Made by a program: the position numbers and the translations under genes
From: Chrysomallon squamiferum
Lineage: Eukaryota; Animalia; Mollusca
DNA: 64,000 nt
NCBI GenBank assembly: GCA_012295275.1
Contig: CM022670.1
Coordinates: 11,842,001 to 11,906,000 of the forward strand
Reading direction: 5' to 3'
In this document: piece by piece, positions 26,012-40,099 of the stretch
Position numbering within the stretch: position 1 is the stretch's first letter
Layout of the letters: each line of letters opens with the position of its first letter
The notes under the pieces: generated by a model
Databases searched by the model: none
What the model was told of the DNA's origin: nothing
What the model saw: the letters and a program-made list of their open reading frames with translations, nothing else

Positions 26012-27368
26012 GAAGACTCGCAGAATGCTTACGCCATCAGTTACGTTGAAAGGTTTTGTTTCTTATGAACTAAATCTTCTACGAACTTCTCTATCTGTAC
26101 TCGAGTATGTCATAAACTATCTTACAGATTTTGTTGGTTTGTTGCTCTCTTTTTTTTCTTTCTTTTTTTTTTCATCGGAAATTAAGGTAAAAGGTCTTCT
26201 GGCTAACTATTAAACAAATAAAATAACAAACAAAATAATAAAAAGTACAAATTCAAATTCAAATTATGTCAACAATCTATTATAAATCGTCATCATTATA
26301 ATAATAATAAAAATAATAAAAATGATGATGGTGATAACTAATACTACTTGAGGAAATGTCTTCAGGTATCCTTGGTGCCTCTGTTACGTCCCTGGGTACC
26401 CCCTTCATGTCGAGATATCAGGGACCGCGCCTTTGCCTCGTTCTCAGACTGCTATCTGCATCCTTACCGAGGAGAGTCTTCAGTTTGTGATTTGCGGGTA
26501 GGAGACTGGTGGAAAGTATTCTGGACAATCAAAGGCACATTTCCAAATGCATCAGTTGCCTCTTTGAAAGGGACGTTAGATTCAATGCTGGGGTGTGGCA
26601 AACAGTACATGGGCGATGTCTACCCGTTCGTTCGGATAATTAAGCTGGATGTCGCAAACAACGTGGAACATTACTCAGCAGACGAAAACATTCAGGAGAT
26701 GAGAAATTCAACGTATGAAAACATTCATGAGAAGAGAAATTCAACATAGGAAAACATTCACGAGAAGAGAAACTCAACATATGAAAATATTCATGAAAAG
26801 AGAAATTCAACAGATGAAAACATTTATAGAAATAAAAATCTGACTAGTGACGAAAGGCTAGCTGAGTACGTTGGTAAAATAGTTGACGCTATTGCTGTCA
26901 GAATGGACTGGAAATCGAAAGGCGTTGGGTGGTTTGCTTTTGTCAAGTGGTTTGCCAATTAAAATCAATAAACTCGTCATCTGCCAAGATGTTGAATGTA
27001 ATCAAATGGAAACGCCCTTCGTGTTAACATCGTCACCGCAGACCACGTTCAATCCAAGAACATCTACATTACCTTCTTCGACTTCTACACAGACTGGTCC
27101 AACATCTACATCAACAACTTCTTCGCCAGTAGCAAAAACACAAGTACCAGCGTCTTCTGGATCAACTACATCTACGTATCTGCCAACGTGTCGTTGTCAA
27201 CTAAATCAGGCTTGACAATGAAGACATCCCCAGTATCAACAGCATCGATGACAACGGTCCGTGGTGAAACAATTCAGAATGGTTACTGGACTTTCTCCAA
27301 ATTTAGGAATCTCTGCTGTCGTTGTTGGTGTCGTATCGGTTCATGTGCTGCACGCTATTTCAATCTGA
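26012..27368 (+). pseudogene. B-type pseudogene B5
   Basis: Exon-1 remnant, TAG inside the 33-bp repeat (26747-26749), large internal deletion near 26945 and a further deletion near 27187. Confidence 0.82.
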
Positions 27369-28147
27369 ACCAAGAACTTTGTAAAATCACTATTATTTTT
27401 ATTAAGCTTTATTATACTTTCTGCATATTATTACATGTTTAGTGAAGACAGCTTTCCGAAATATTATTGTCAGATTTGTCTGTAATTTAAGTATTGTTTT
27501 TAACGTCTTTCCTTTTTATACACTTATTTAAAATATGATTTGTAAATAAATAGATTTCAGTTTAATTGTATTCAGTTTTTTTATGTTTTTAATTAATTAT
27601 TTATTTATTTTGTTAGTTAGTTTCTTACTTACTTAATTATCTGGTTATTATTTTAAAGTTTAGCTGGGGATATATAAAGAACAAATCTAAATATATTCTG
27701 AATTCTGTAAAAATGAAAATGTCAGCCAGCCATGTATGTGATGACGTCACGATTTTAGTTACGAAGTGGTAAAATGACAGCATTTTATTTTATTATAATA
27801 CTTTTCTAATTAGATAAACATATATGTTTATAAAACATAATTAAATTAAATAAAAGTATTATATTTAACAAATGTGTTAATTATATTAACATATTATAAT
27901 TAATTATTATGTTTAAAATATGTATTAAAGTAATAAAGCGTATTGTATGAAATGAATGTATTAAATTATATTAAATAAAACTAACAACCACATTAAACTA
28001 CGGATCTAATTTCTTAGTACACAGGAAGATGTTATCGGATTACTCATGTGACACAGCCAGGTACATAAAGATTTTACATTTTTGGGTCTTGTTTGTTGCA
28101 TACATCTAAGCTTTTGTGAAGAAATCCTTTGATGTTAACAGTAAACA

Positions 28148-28684
28148 ATGTATTGGTCAAGATTTACTGGTGCGTCGTTGCTTTTCACACTTTGGTGTAT
28201 TTTCACTAACTGGAACGTTTGTCATGGAACGTGTAATCCTTACACTGGGCCTTCGGGTTCTGTGGACTGTTTTTTTGAAACGCCATATTACTCTAAATAT
28301 CAATGGGGAACCTGTATCACTGACAGCTACATGAAACAGAAGTCTGGTGGAAAACACAGATGTCGAGATCCAACGGCAACTTACTGTTATTATCAATGTA
28401 TGCTTGAAGTTCATGGTCTGGACCATGGCCCTGTATATTCTGACTGTCTATGTTCAGGCGGGACAAACTCACCAGCCACAGGTACTACAAATACTGGTAC
28501 TCCCCTAACTACTCTACCGCCGTGGTGTTCAAGTCCCGACGGGTCGGACTGTTCGTGGTACAGGCAATGTTTAGAAAAGAAGTACCCGTGTGAAGACTCG
28601 CAGTATGGTTACGCCATCAGTTACGCTGAAAAGTTTTGCAATTTATATACCAAGTCTTCGACCAGCTTCTCTAGCATTGGACAG
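28148..28684 (+). CDS. Gene A4 exon 1
   Basis: ATG 28148, 537 nt, donor CAG|GTAGG. Confidence 0.85.
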
Positions 28685-29089
28685 GTAGGTTTGAATCGGT
28701 CTCTTTGATTTTCTGTTGAACTTTCTTTTTCTTTTTTCTCTCTTATATTTCACGTTCTTATTTTCGGTGATAACTGAGATTTTTATTCTTTCGTTTCATT
28801 GTTTTCTGATTTCTCACACACTTATCTCCGATCCTTTTCTATTTCCGCTATTATATAATGTCTCATTACAGTTTCGGAATGTGATGATAATAATTAAAAC
28901 TGGAATAAATCATAGTTAAGATTCTTCGTCTTCTTTTTCTACTTCTACTTCTTATCATCATCTTCCTTATCTTCATCAGTATCATCGTCATTATCATCAT
29001 CATTAACATCGTCATTATCATCATCATCATCATTATCACAATCATCATTACGATTATCATCATCAATAGTATTGTTATCATTATTACAG

Positions 29090-29986
29090 AAATGGATAAA
29101 TGCTACGAGGAAATGTCTTCAGGTATCCCTGGTGCCTCTGTTGCGTCCCTGGGAATCTCCTTCATGTCGAGATATCAAGGTCCGCGCCTTTGCGTCGCAC
29201 ACAAATTGTTACCTGCATCCTTACCGAGGCGCTCCTTCTATTTGTGATTTGCCCGTAGGAGACTGGTGGAAGGTGTTCTGGACAATCAAAAGCGCCTATG
29301 TTCAAGCGACGCTGCCAGTTTTCAAAGGAACGTTGGAAACTGTAATCGGGTGCGGCAACCAGTACATGGACGAAGCGTACGAGTTCATCAGAATAATACG
29401 ACTACAAGTGACAAACGTGATTAACCGATTCAAAACGTCTGCTGATGACAACCCGTTGGACGCTCTGGCCGGGGATGTGGCTGATTCTATTGCAGAGCAG
29501 CTTGGCTGGAAGTCGAGTGGAGTTGGGTGGTTTGCTTATGCAGAGAACGACACTCTTGAACCAACTGAAAAACAGTCAGTCGTGAACATTTCCATAATTA
29601 TAGCTGACAAGTTCCACCTGGATGTCAATGTTAACAGTTCCACGATTTTGAATTTAAATGAAACGGTGGATACTTTGGCGGATGCTGTCCAAAGTGGAAG
29701 TCTGAAAATTAAAATAAAAGGAAAGTCGGACGAAGTTTCGATCAAGACGATGATGACATGTGTTGACGTTGCGTGTAATAACACATACATGATGGTTTTC
29801 GGAGCAGCAACTTCTTCTGGATCAAGTACATCTACCTATCTACCAACATCAAGCTTGACAGTGAAGACATCGCCAGCATCAACAGCATCGACTCGGTCCG
29901 TGGTGAAACTTTCTCCAAATTTAGGAATCTCTGCTGTCGTTGTTGGTGTCATATCGGTTCATGTGCTGCACGCTATTTCAAGCTGA
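29090..29986 (+). CDS. Gene A4 exon 2 (spliced product 477 aa; RFKT; long S/T stalk + hydrophobic tail)
   Basis: Acceptor TTACAG|AAATGG, open to TGA, ends NLGISAVVVGVISVHVLHAISS. Confidence 0.85.
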   Translation, partial: KWINATRKCLQVSLVPLLRPWESPSCRDIKVRAFASHTNCYLHPYRGAPSICDLPVGDWWKVFWTIKSAYVQATLPVFKGTLETVIGCGNQYMDEAYEFIRIIRLQVTNVINRFKTSADDNPLDALAGDVADSIAEQLGWKSSGVGWFAYAENDTLEPTEKQSVVNISIIIADKFHLDVNVNSSTILNLNETVDTLADAVQSGSLKIKIKGKSDEVSIKTMMTCVDVACNNTYMMVFGAATSSGSSTSTYLPTSSLTVKTSPASTASTRSVVKLSPNLGISAVVVGVISVHVLHAISS

Positions 29987-32008
29987 ACCAAGAACTTTGT
30001 TAAATTATTATTATTTTTCATTATGCTTTAATATACTTTATGCTTATTATTACATGTTTAGTGAAGACACCTTATCGAAATATTATTGGCTGATTTGACT
30101 GTAATTTAAGTATTGTTTCTAACATCTTCCCTATTTAAACACTTATATATAATTTGTAAATAAATAAACTTCAGTTTAACTATATTTTGAAAATTGCTGT
30201 TTTCAGTTTTTCTATTTGTTTATTTATTTATTTTATTATTTTTTATTCTTATTTATTTATTTAGTTAGTTATCTGGTTATTATTTTAAATTATCTCTCTG
30301 GAAATATAAAGAACCAGTATAAATATATTCTGAATTCTATAAAAATGAAAATGTCAGTCAGTAATGTACGCTGTGACGTCACGATTCTTGTTGTAAAGTT
30401 ATACAATCATAGTATTTACATACTTTGTAACAGTCTTATTATAATACTCTGTCCATAATTATCAAATAATATCTTCATCGTTTTCTGATTATATGAATCT
30501 GTTTATAAAACATAAATAAATTTAAAATATGGGCGTTGGAAATTAAGATTTTGACTTAGACTCTGTCGAAACCAACTCATTATTTCATTAAATATTAAAT
30601 TACATACATCGACAGAGATACAACATTGAAAGAACACGAATAAGAAAGAGCCGGATACGAAAAACTAGTCAGGTATATAATAAAGTAATAGACATTGCTG
30701 GAATGAAGTTTATTTTTACACATTGCTTCGTTTTTTTATTTTACGTTTAAATTAAAATAATTTCTTCTTTTTTTAAATCTTCCCTTTTTGAACACTTTTT
30801 TAAAATATAATTTGTATATAAATAAACTTCAGTTTAATTATATTTAATTTTATATATTTCTAATTATTTATTTATTGATGTATTTATTTTATTTTATTTA
30901 TTTATTTATTTATTTTTTTATTTGGTTAGTTAGTTAGTTAGTTATCTGGTTATTATTTTAAATTATCCCTCTGGAAATATGAAGAACCAGTACAAATATA
31001 TTCTGAATTCTCTAAAAATGCAAATGTCATCCAGCCATGTACGTGATGACGTCACGATTTTGGTTGTAAAGAGGTAAAATGACAGCATTTTATTTTATTG
31101 TAATTTCTGATTGTGTGAATATATGATTTTAAAAATAATTTAAATAAATAAAAGTATTTTATTAAAAAATGTGTTTATTATATTAATTTATTATAATCAT
31201 TTATTTGTTTAAAAAGTGTTTTAAAGTAATAAAACGTGTTGTATGAAATGAATGTATTAAATTACAATAATAAAAATAAAAAAACCTGTTTAGTAAACCA
31301 CCAAAAATAACCATATTAAACTATGCACCTAATTTCTTAATACACATTATGTACCTGTAAAAAAAGTATTTACTCAAATGAATATTTTATTGATGAAAAA
31401 GAGATGATTTAAAAAAAAAAAAAAAATTTTTTAAAAAATGTGTAATATATTAAATTACATGAACGTGATAAATATTAAAGTACATATATATTTCTGACGT
31501 ACATAAAATATAACGTCTGAAAATTTAAAGCGAAAATGTATAATGAAAGACATTTAATGAGAATCTTATGTCAGAAAATATGGACGTTGGAAATTAAGAT
31601 TTATAAATCAGTCATTTTGACTTAGATTCTGTCCGATTCACCACCTTATTTCATAAAATATCTGACACAGATACGACACTGTAACGAAACGAATACAAAA
31701 CAGCACACCTATCTTTTTTCATCTCTGTTTTGCAATGACAAGAAACCACATCGACACACATCACAAATTTTGTAAAGAAAAAAAACAAATGTATTGCGAA
31801 AGTGGATCAGCAAGAAAAGAAAAGAAAATGTTTAGGGAAAAAAGGGGAATTTATTTTACATGATAACCAGGAAGACGTTCTCGCATGACTCATGTTAAAT
31901 AACAAGTATAAATATTCAGGTGCACAAAAATTTTACATTTCTGTCTTCGTTGTTGTATATGCTGCATCTAAGCTTTTTGAATAAATACTTTGAAGTGGAC
32001 AGTAAACA

Positions 32009-33979
32009 ATGTATCAGTCTAGATTTACTGGTGCGTCGTTGCTTTTCACAATTTGGTGTATTTTCACCAACTGGAACGTTTGTCTTGGAATGTGTAATCG
32101 TGCCACTGGGCCTTCGGGTTCTGTGGACTGTTTTCTTGGCACGCCATATTACTCTAAATACCAATGGGGAACCTGTCTCACTGACAGCTACATTAAACAG
32201 AAGTCTGGCGGAAAACACAAATGTCGAGATCCAACGGCAACTTACTGTTATTATCAATGTATGCTTGAAGTTCATGGTCTGGACCATGGCCCTGTATATT
32301 CTGATTGTCTGTGTTCAGGCGGGTCATCCTCATCACCCACATATACTACACCCCCACTGGTACTCCCCTAACTACTCTACCGCCGTGGTGTTCAAGTCCC
32401 GACGGGTCGGACTGTTCGTGGTACAGGCAATGCTTAGAAAAGAAGTACCCGTGTGAAGACTCGCAGAATGGTTACGCCATCAGTTACGCTGAAAAGTTTT
32501 GTAATTTATATACCAAGTCTTCCACCAGATTCTCTAGCATTGGACAGGTATTCGTCTTAATGATCCGCAAAACTTGTTTGAAAATATAAAAAACCACCAA
32601 CAAGATTTATTTATTTATTTATTTATTTATTTATCTATCTATTTATTTATTATTTTAAATAGTTTAATTCTGCGGCAAACTGTTTTACTGTTGTGTTTTT
32701 ATTTTTATTTATTTATTTATTTATTCATTTTATTATTCTTATATTATTATTATTATTTAATTTATAATTTTTACTTTTTATATTTTATTGTTTCTCTCTT
32801 ATATTCCTCGTTTTTATTTTTGATCATACCTGAGATTTTTATTCTTTTGTTTCATTGTATTCTTATTCTCATCCACTTATCTCCTCCTTTTCTATTTTTG
32901 CTGTTATATATGCCATCTTACAGTTTGGATGGTGAAGATAAAAATTAAAACTAGTATAAATCATAGTAGGATTCTTGTTCTTTTTCGTTTTATTATTATT
33001 ATTATTATCATCATCACTATTATCATCATCATCATTATAATAATAATTGTTATTATTATAGAAATGGATAAATGCTGCGAGGAAATGTCTTCAGGTATCC
33101 CTGGTGCCTCTGTTGCGTCCCTGGGAATCTCCTTCATGTCGAGATATCAAGGTACGCGCCTTTGCGTCGCACACAAATTGTTACCTGCATCCTTATGTAA
33201 ACGCTCCTTCTATTTGTGACTTGCCCGTAGGAGACTGGTGGAAGGTGTTCTGGACAATCAAAAGCGCCTATGTTGAAGCGACACTGCCAACTTTGAAAGG
33301 AACGTTGGAAACAGTAATCGGGTGCGGCAACCAGTACATGGACGAAGCGTACGAGTTCATCAGAAAAATACGACTACAAGTGACAAACGTGATTAACCGA
33401 TTCAAAAGGTCTGCTAATGACAACCCGTTGGACGCTCTGGCCGGGGATGTGGCTGATTCTATTGCAGATCAGCTTGGCTGGAAGTCGAGTGGAGTTGGGT
33501 GGTTTGCTTATGCAGAGAACGACACTCTTGAACCAACTGAAAAACAGTCAATCGTGAATATTTCCATCATTATAGCTGACCAGTCCCAGCTGGATGTCAA
33601 TGTTAACAGTTCCACGATTTTGAATTTAAATGAAACGGTGGATACTTTGGCGGATGCTGTCCAAAGTGGAAGTCTGAAAATTAAAATAAAAGGAAAGTCG
33701 GAAGAAGTTTCGATCAAGATGATGATGACATGTGTTGACGTTGCGTGTAATAACACATACATGATGGTTTTCGGAGCAGCAACTTCTTCTGGATCAAGTA
33801 CATCTACGTATCTACCGACATCAGGCTTGACAGTGAAGACATCCCCAGCATCAACAGCATCGACTCGGTCCGTGGTGAAACAAATCGAAAGGGTTTCTGG
33901 ACTTTCTCCAAATTTAGGAATCTCTGATATCATTGTTGGTGTCGTATCGGTTCATGTGCTGCACGCTATTTCAAGCTGA
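32009..33979 (+). pseudogene. Gene A5 (exons 32009-32547, 33062-33979; RFKR; long tail) with one frameshift in a C run; could be intact if this is a base-calling error
   Basis: Exon 1 is 539 nt and the frame changes at ACACCCCCACTGG (~32351-32355). Donor CAG|GTATTC, acceptor TATAG|AAATGG and exon 2 are intact. Confidence 0.65.
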
Positions 33980-34937
33980 ACCAAGAACTTTGTTAAATTA
34001 TTATTATTTTTATTATGCTTTAATATACTTTATGCTTTTTATTACATGTTTAGTGAAGACAGCTTTCCGAAATATTATTGGCTGATTTGACTGTAATTTA
34101 AGTATTGTTTCTAACATCTTCCCTATTTAAACACTTATATATAATTTGTAAATAAATAAACTTCAGTTTAACTATATTTTGAAAATTGCTGTTTTCAGTA
34201 TTTCTATTTGTTTATTTATTTATTTTATTATTTTTTATTCTTATTTATTTATTTAGTTAGTTATTTAGTTAGTTATCTGGTTATTATTTTAAATTATCTC
34301 TCTGGAAATATAAAGAACCAGTATAAATATATTCTGAATTCTATAAAAATGAAAATGTCAGTCAGTAATGTACGCTGTGACGTCACGATTCTAGTTGTAA
34401 AGTTATACAATCATAGTATTTATATACTTTGTAACAGTCTTATTATAATACTCTGTCCATAATTATCAAATAATATCTTCATAGTTTTCTGATTATATGA
34501 ATCTGTTTATAAAACATAAATAAATTTAAAATATGGGCGTTGGAAATTAAGATTTTGACTTAGACTCTGTCGAAACCAACTCATTATTTCATTAAATATT
34601 AAATTACATACATCGACACAGATACAACAGTGAAACAACACGAATACGAAAAACCAGTCAGGTATATAATGAAGTAATAGACATTGCTGGATTGAAGTTT
34701 ATTTTTATACATTGCTTCGTTTTTTTTATTTTACGTTTAAATTAAAATAATTTAAAAACACGGATGCATTTTTTTTTTCTTTTTTTTTTTTAATGTTTTT
34801 CTTCTTCTTTTTTTAAATCTTTTCTTTTTGAACACTTTTTAAAAATACAATTTGTAAATAAATAAACTTCAGTTTAATTATATGTAATTTTTTATATTTC
34901 TATTTATTTATTTATTTATTTATTTGTTATTTCTTTT

Positions 34938-34974
<37 letters not shown>

Positions 34975-35026
34975 GAACTAACAGTAGTAGTAATAGTAGT
35001 ATCAACAATAATGTAAAGTACATAAT

Positions 35027-35139
<113 letters not shown>

Positions 35140-35949
35140 GCTGGAATACACTTATTTTAAAGGTGTTATTTTTAAAACGTATTTGAACGTACTCATATTG
35201 CGGTATTTGATAAGCATGCTGTCAGTTATCTTTTATATAAATTATATTGTAACTGCTACTACTACTTAATTATCAGTACTATGAATACTCCTCAAAAACC
35301 CAGAAAAAAAACAAGAAAACAAATGACAATATATATATATATGCAGATATACAGAAGCCATCATAGTTACTTTTAATCTTAAATGGGTGGTGCATTGTGC
35401 GAACTTGTGACCTGGCATGTTGCCCACGACTTATTCACATTTTAGTAACTTTATCAGAGGCGGTATCGTACGCTGAATACCTACAGTTTTGACAGATCAT
35501 CTTCAAGTAACAGTTCAAGTACGCCTTGACCGAAACTTTTAAACTTGTTAGACATTCTTATTTTGTATTTAAAATCAAATCACAATTTAAAAAAAGAAGA
35601 AGAAGAAAAACATAATAAAAACATCGGTGTTTTTAAATTATTTTAATCTTAACGAAACAATGTGTAAAAATATACTTCATTCCAGCAGTATCTATTACTT
35701 TATTGTAATCCACATTATCCGATTGTCTTTAATTAGAGACCAAAGATAACCTAGTCTGCACTTGCTCTTAATAATGAAATAAAATATCTAACAATGTATT
35801 AGTGGGGTACGATCGTTCTCTTGACATCCCGCTGTCTCTACCTACTCTACGAGTGAATTGAAATAATCAAATTTTAGAACGGAATGAAAGAATGAAAGAG
35901 AAAAGGATCAACGAAAAGGGTGCCTGAAAGAAAGATGAACAAAGGATGA

Positions 35950-37484
35950 GAAGACTCGCAGAATGCTTACGTGATCAGTTACGCTGAAAGGTTTTGTTTG
36001 TTATACACTAAATCTTCTACGAACTTCTCTATCTGTACTCGAGAATGTCATAACTATCTTACAGATTTTCTTTGTTTGTTGCTCTTTTTCTTTTCTTTTT
36101 ATTTCAATTCTTTTTTTTTTCCTCGGAAAATACAGTAAAAGGTCTTCTGGCTAACTATTAAACAAATAAAATAACAAACTAAATAATGAAAAATACAAAT
36201 TCAAATTCAAATTATGTGACCGATCTATTATAAATCGTCATCATTATAATAATAATAAAAATAATAAAAATGATGATGATGATAACTAATACTACTTGAG
36301 GAAATGTCTTCAGGTATCCTTGGTGCCTCTGTTACGTCTCATGTCGAGATATCAGGGACCGCGCCTTTGCCTCGTTCTCGGACTGCTATCTGCATCATTA
36401 CCGAGGAGCGTCTTCAGTTTGTGATTTGCCTGTAGGAGACTGGTGGAAAGTATTCTGGACAATCAAAGGCACCTTTCCAAATGCATCAGTTGCCTCTTTG
36501 AAAGGGACGTTAGATTCAGTGCTGGGGTGTGGCAAACAGTACATACCCGTTCGTTCGGATAATTAAGCTGGATGGACATTACTCAGCAGCCGAAAACATT
36601 CAGGAGATGAGAAATTCAACGTATGAAAACATTCACGAGAAGAGAAATTCAACATATGAAAACATTTACGAGAAGAGAAATTCAACGTATGAAAACATTC
36701 ATGAGAAGAGAAATTCAACAGATAAAAACATTTATAGAAATAAAAATCTGACTAGTGACGAAAGGCTAGCTGAGTACGTTGGTAAAATAGCTGACTCTAT
36801 TGCTGCCAGAATGGACTGGAAATCGAAAGGCGTTGGGTGGTTTGCTTTTGTGTCAAACAAGACTGCTCTTGCACAAGTGTTAAACATTTCAATTATCATC
36901 GCTGACAGGGTTAAGTTGGACGTTGACGTTCAAGTCAAAAGAAAGACATCTCTAAACCTAAACGAGATAATGCAATCGTTTCAGACGCTGTCAAAAATGG
37001 CTCTCTTCAAATTGACGTTGATGAATCCAAACCAATTAAAATCAATAAACTCTTCATCTGCCAAGATGCTGAATGTAATCAAATGGAAACGCCCTTTGTG
37101 TTAACATCGTCACCGCCAACCACGTTCAATCCAAGAGCATCTACATTACCTTCTTCGACTTCTACACAGACTGGTCCAACATTTACATCAACAACTTCTT
37201 CGCCAGTAGCAAAAACACAAGTACCAACGTCTTCTGGATCAACTACAACTACGTATCTGCCAAAATCAGCCTACATGCCAGACGTGTCGTTGTCAGCTAA
37301 ATCAGGCTTCACAATGAAGACCTCCCCAGTATCAACAGCACCGATGACAATGTCACTGTCGACTCGGTCCGTGGTGAAACAATTCAGAATGGGTACTGGA
37401 CTTTCTCCAAATTTAGGAATCTCTGCTGTCATTTTCCTAACATCTTCCCTATTTAAACACTTTAAAAATATATATAATTTGTAA
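35950..37484 (+). pseudogene. B-type pseudogene B6
   Basis: Sister of B4 (offset ~17377 bp) with the same deletions plus a frameshift near 36980. Confidence 0.8.
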
Positions 37485-37968
37485 ATAAATAAACTTATGT
37501 TTAACTATATTTTGAAAACTACTGTTTTCAGGATTTCTATTTATTTATTTATTTATTTACTTACTTATTTATTTATTTATTTTATTTTATTTTATTTTTA
37601 TTTTTTTTATTATTTATTATTTATTTAGTTAGTTATTTAGTTATCTGGTTATTATTCTAAATTATCCCTCTGGAAATATGAAGAACAAATATATATTCTG
37701 AATTCTATAAAAAAAATGCAGCCATGTATGTGGTGACGTCATGATTCTAGTTGTAAAGTTATAAAATGATAGTATTTACATACTTTGTAACATCTTATTA
37801 TAATACTCTGTCCATAATTATCAAATAATAACTTCATAGTTTTCTGATTATATGAATCTATGTTTATAAAAAATAAATAAATTTAAAATATAGGCGTTGG
37901 AAATTAAGATTTTGACATATTAAATTACATACATCAACACAGATGCAACATTGTAACAACACGAATAT

Positions 37969-38282
37969 CGTTTAAATTAAAATAATTTAAAAACACGGAT
38001 GTTTTTTTTTATGTTTATCTTCTTCTTCTTTTTTAAAATTGTGTTTTGATTGTAAATACAAAATAAGAATGTCTAACAAGTTTAAAAGTTTCGGTCATGG
38101 CGTACTTGAACTGTTACTTGAAGATGATCTGTCAAAACTATAGGTATTCAGCGTACGACACCGCCTCTGATAAAGTTACTAAAATGTGAATAAGTCGTGG
38201 GCAACATGCCAGGACACAAGTTCGCACAATGCACAACCTGTTTAAGATTGAAAGTAACTATGGTGGCTTGTGTATATCTGCA
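37969..38282 (-). repeat. Inverted copy of the spacer/D-relic segment 35342-35654
   Basis: Essentially the same as 20589-20902. Confidence 0.9.
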
Positions 38283-38671
38283 TCTGCATCAACAACCTCT
38301 TCGCCAGTAGCAAAAACACTTGAATGACCTTCATCCAGATCGACTACTTCCTTGTCTGTGCCATCTGCACCTATACCAAGAACCTCTTCGTCAGCAGCAA
38401 AAACACATGAGCCAAATTCCGGATCGACTACTTTCTTGCCTGTCCCATCTACATCTACGTATCTGCCAACATCAGCCTACAAGCTAGACGTGTCGTTGTC
38501 AACTAAATCAGGCTTGACAATGAAGACATCCCCAGTATCAACAGCATCGATGACAACGGTCCGTGGTGAAACAATTCAGAATTGTTACTGGACTTTCTCC
38601 AAATTTAGGAATCTCTGCTGTCGTTGTTGGTGTCGTATCGGTTTCATGTGTTGCACGCTATTTCAAGCTGA
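38283..38671 (+). pseudogene. Orphan S/T-stalk and tail fragment C2
   Basis: Duplicate of C1. Confidence 0.7.
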
Positions 38672-40099
38672 ACCAAGAACTTTGTAAAATTACTATTATT
38701 TTTTATTATGCTTTATTATACTTTATGCACATTATTACATGTTTAGTGAAGACAGCTTTCCGGAATATTATTGTCAGATTTGTTTGTAATTTAAGTATTG
38801 TTTTTAACATCTTTCCTTTTTATACACTTTTTTAAAATATAATTTGTAAATAAATAAATCTCAGTTTAATTATATTTATTTTTTATATTTGTATTTATAT
38901 ATTTATTTATTTAGTTACTTAGTTAATTATTTTAAAGTTTACCTGTGGATATATAAAGGACAAATCTAAATATATTCTGAATTCTCTAAAAATGTAAATG
39001 TCAGCCAGCCATGTACGTGATGACGTCACGATTTTAGTTGTAAAGAGGTAAAATGACAGCATTTTATTTTATTGTAATACTTTTCTGATTGAATGAACGT
39101 ATATTTATAAAACATAATTTAAATAAAGAACCGTGTTAATTATATTAATTTATTATAATTACTTATTTGTTTAAAATACGTATTAAAGTAATAAAGCGTA
39201 TTGTATGATATTAACGTATTAAATAAATAAATAAATAAATAATACAAAATGTACCTAAACTCGTAATAGAAATAATGTAGCTGTAGAAAAATGTTTTCAC
39301 TCAAATGAATATTTATTGATAAAAAACAGATAGTTAAAAAAAAGAGAGAGAGAGAAAAAAAGGAAAAAAGATAAACAAGAAAAGTAAAGTAAAAAGAAGA
39401 AGTATTTAAGGTGCAAAAATATCTTAAATTTAACAAAATACATTAAATTTCACGATCGTAATAAATATTAATAAAAATTAAATAAACGTTTTGATTTATT
39501 AAAGTATTCTTATGAGATACGTAAAATGTAACATTGAATATGCAGAGCGAAAATGTATAATGAAAGATAAATATAGAGAATTTCATGTCAGAAAATATGG
39601 GCGTTGGAAATTAAAATTTATAAATCATTCATTTTGACTTAGATTCTGTTGAATTGAACACATTATTTCACAAAATATTAAATTATACACTGAAACGACA
39701 CGATTACGAACCATCCGGATACGAATTATCAATAAGTAAGTAAAAAACAGGACACCTACAACGCTATTTTGTTGTGCTGTTTTTCATTGACATGAAATCA
39801 CGCCGACACGCCATATTTCGCAAGAAGGAAACTAAAGAAAACAACAAAAAAATACAAATAAAAAATTATGTATTGCGAAACTGAATCAGCAAGAATAAAT
39901 AAAAGAAAAGAAGATAAAGTTAAAAAAAGAAAAGAAAAACTGGGACCATATTTTACGTCATAACCAGGAAGACGTTCTTGCATGATTCATGTTACACACC
40001 CAGTATAAATATTCAGGTACTTAAACATTTTACATTTCTGTTTCTTCGTTATTGTATATGAGCTTTTTTGAAGAAATCCTTTGAAGTGGACAGTAAACA

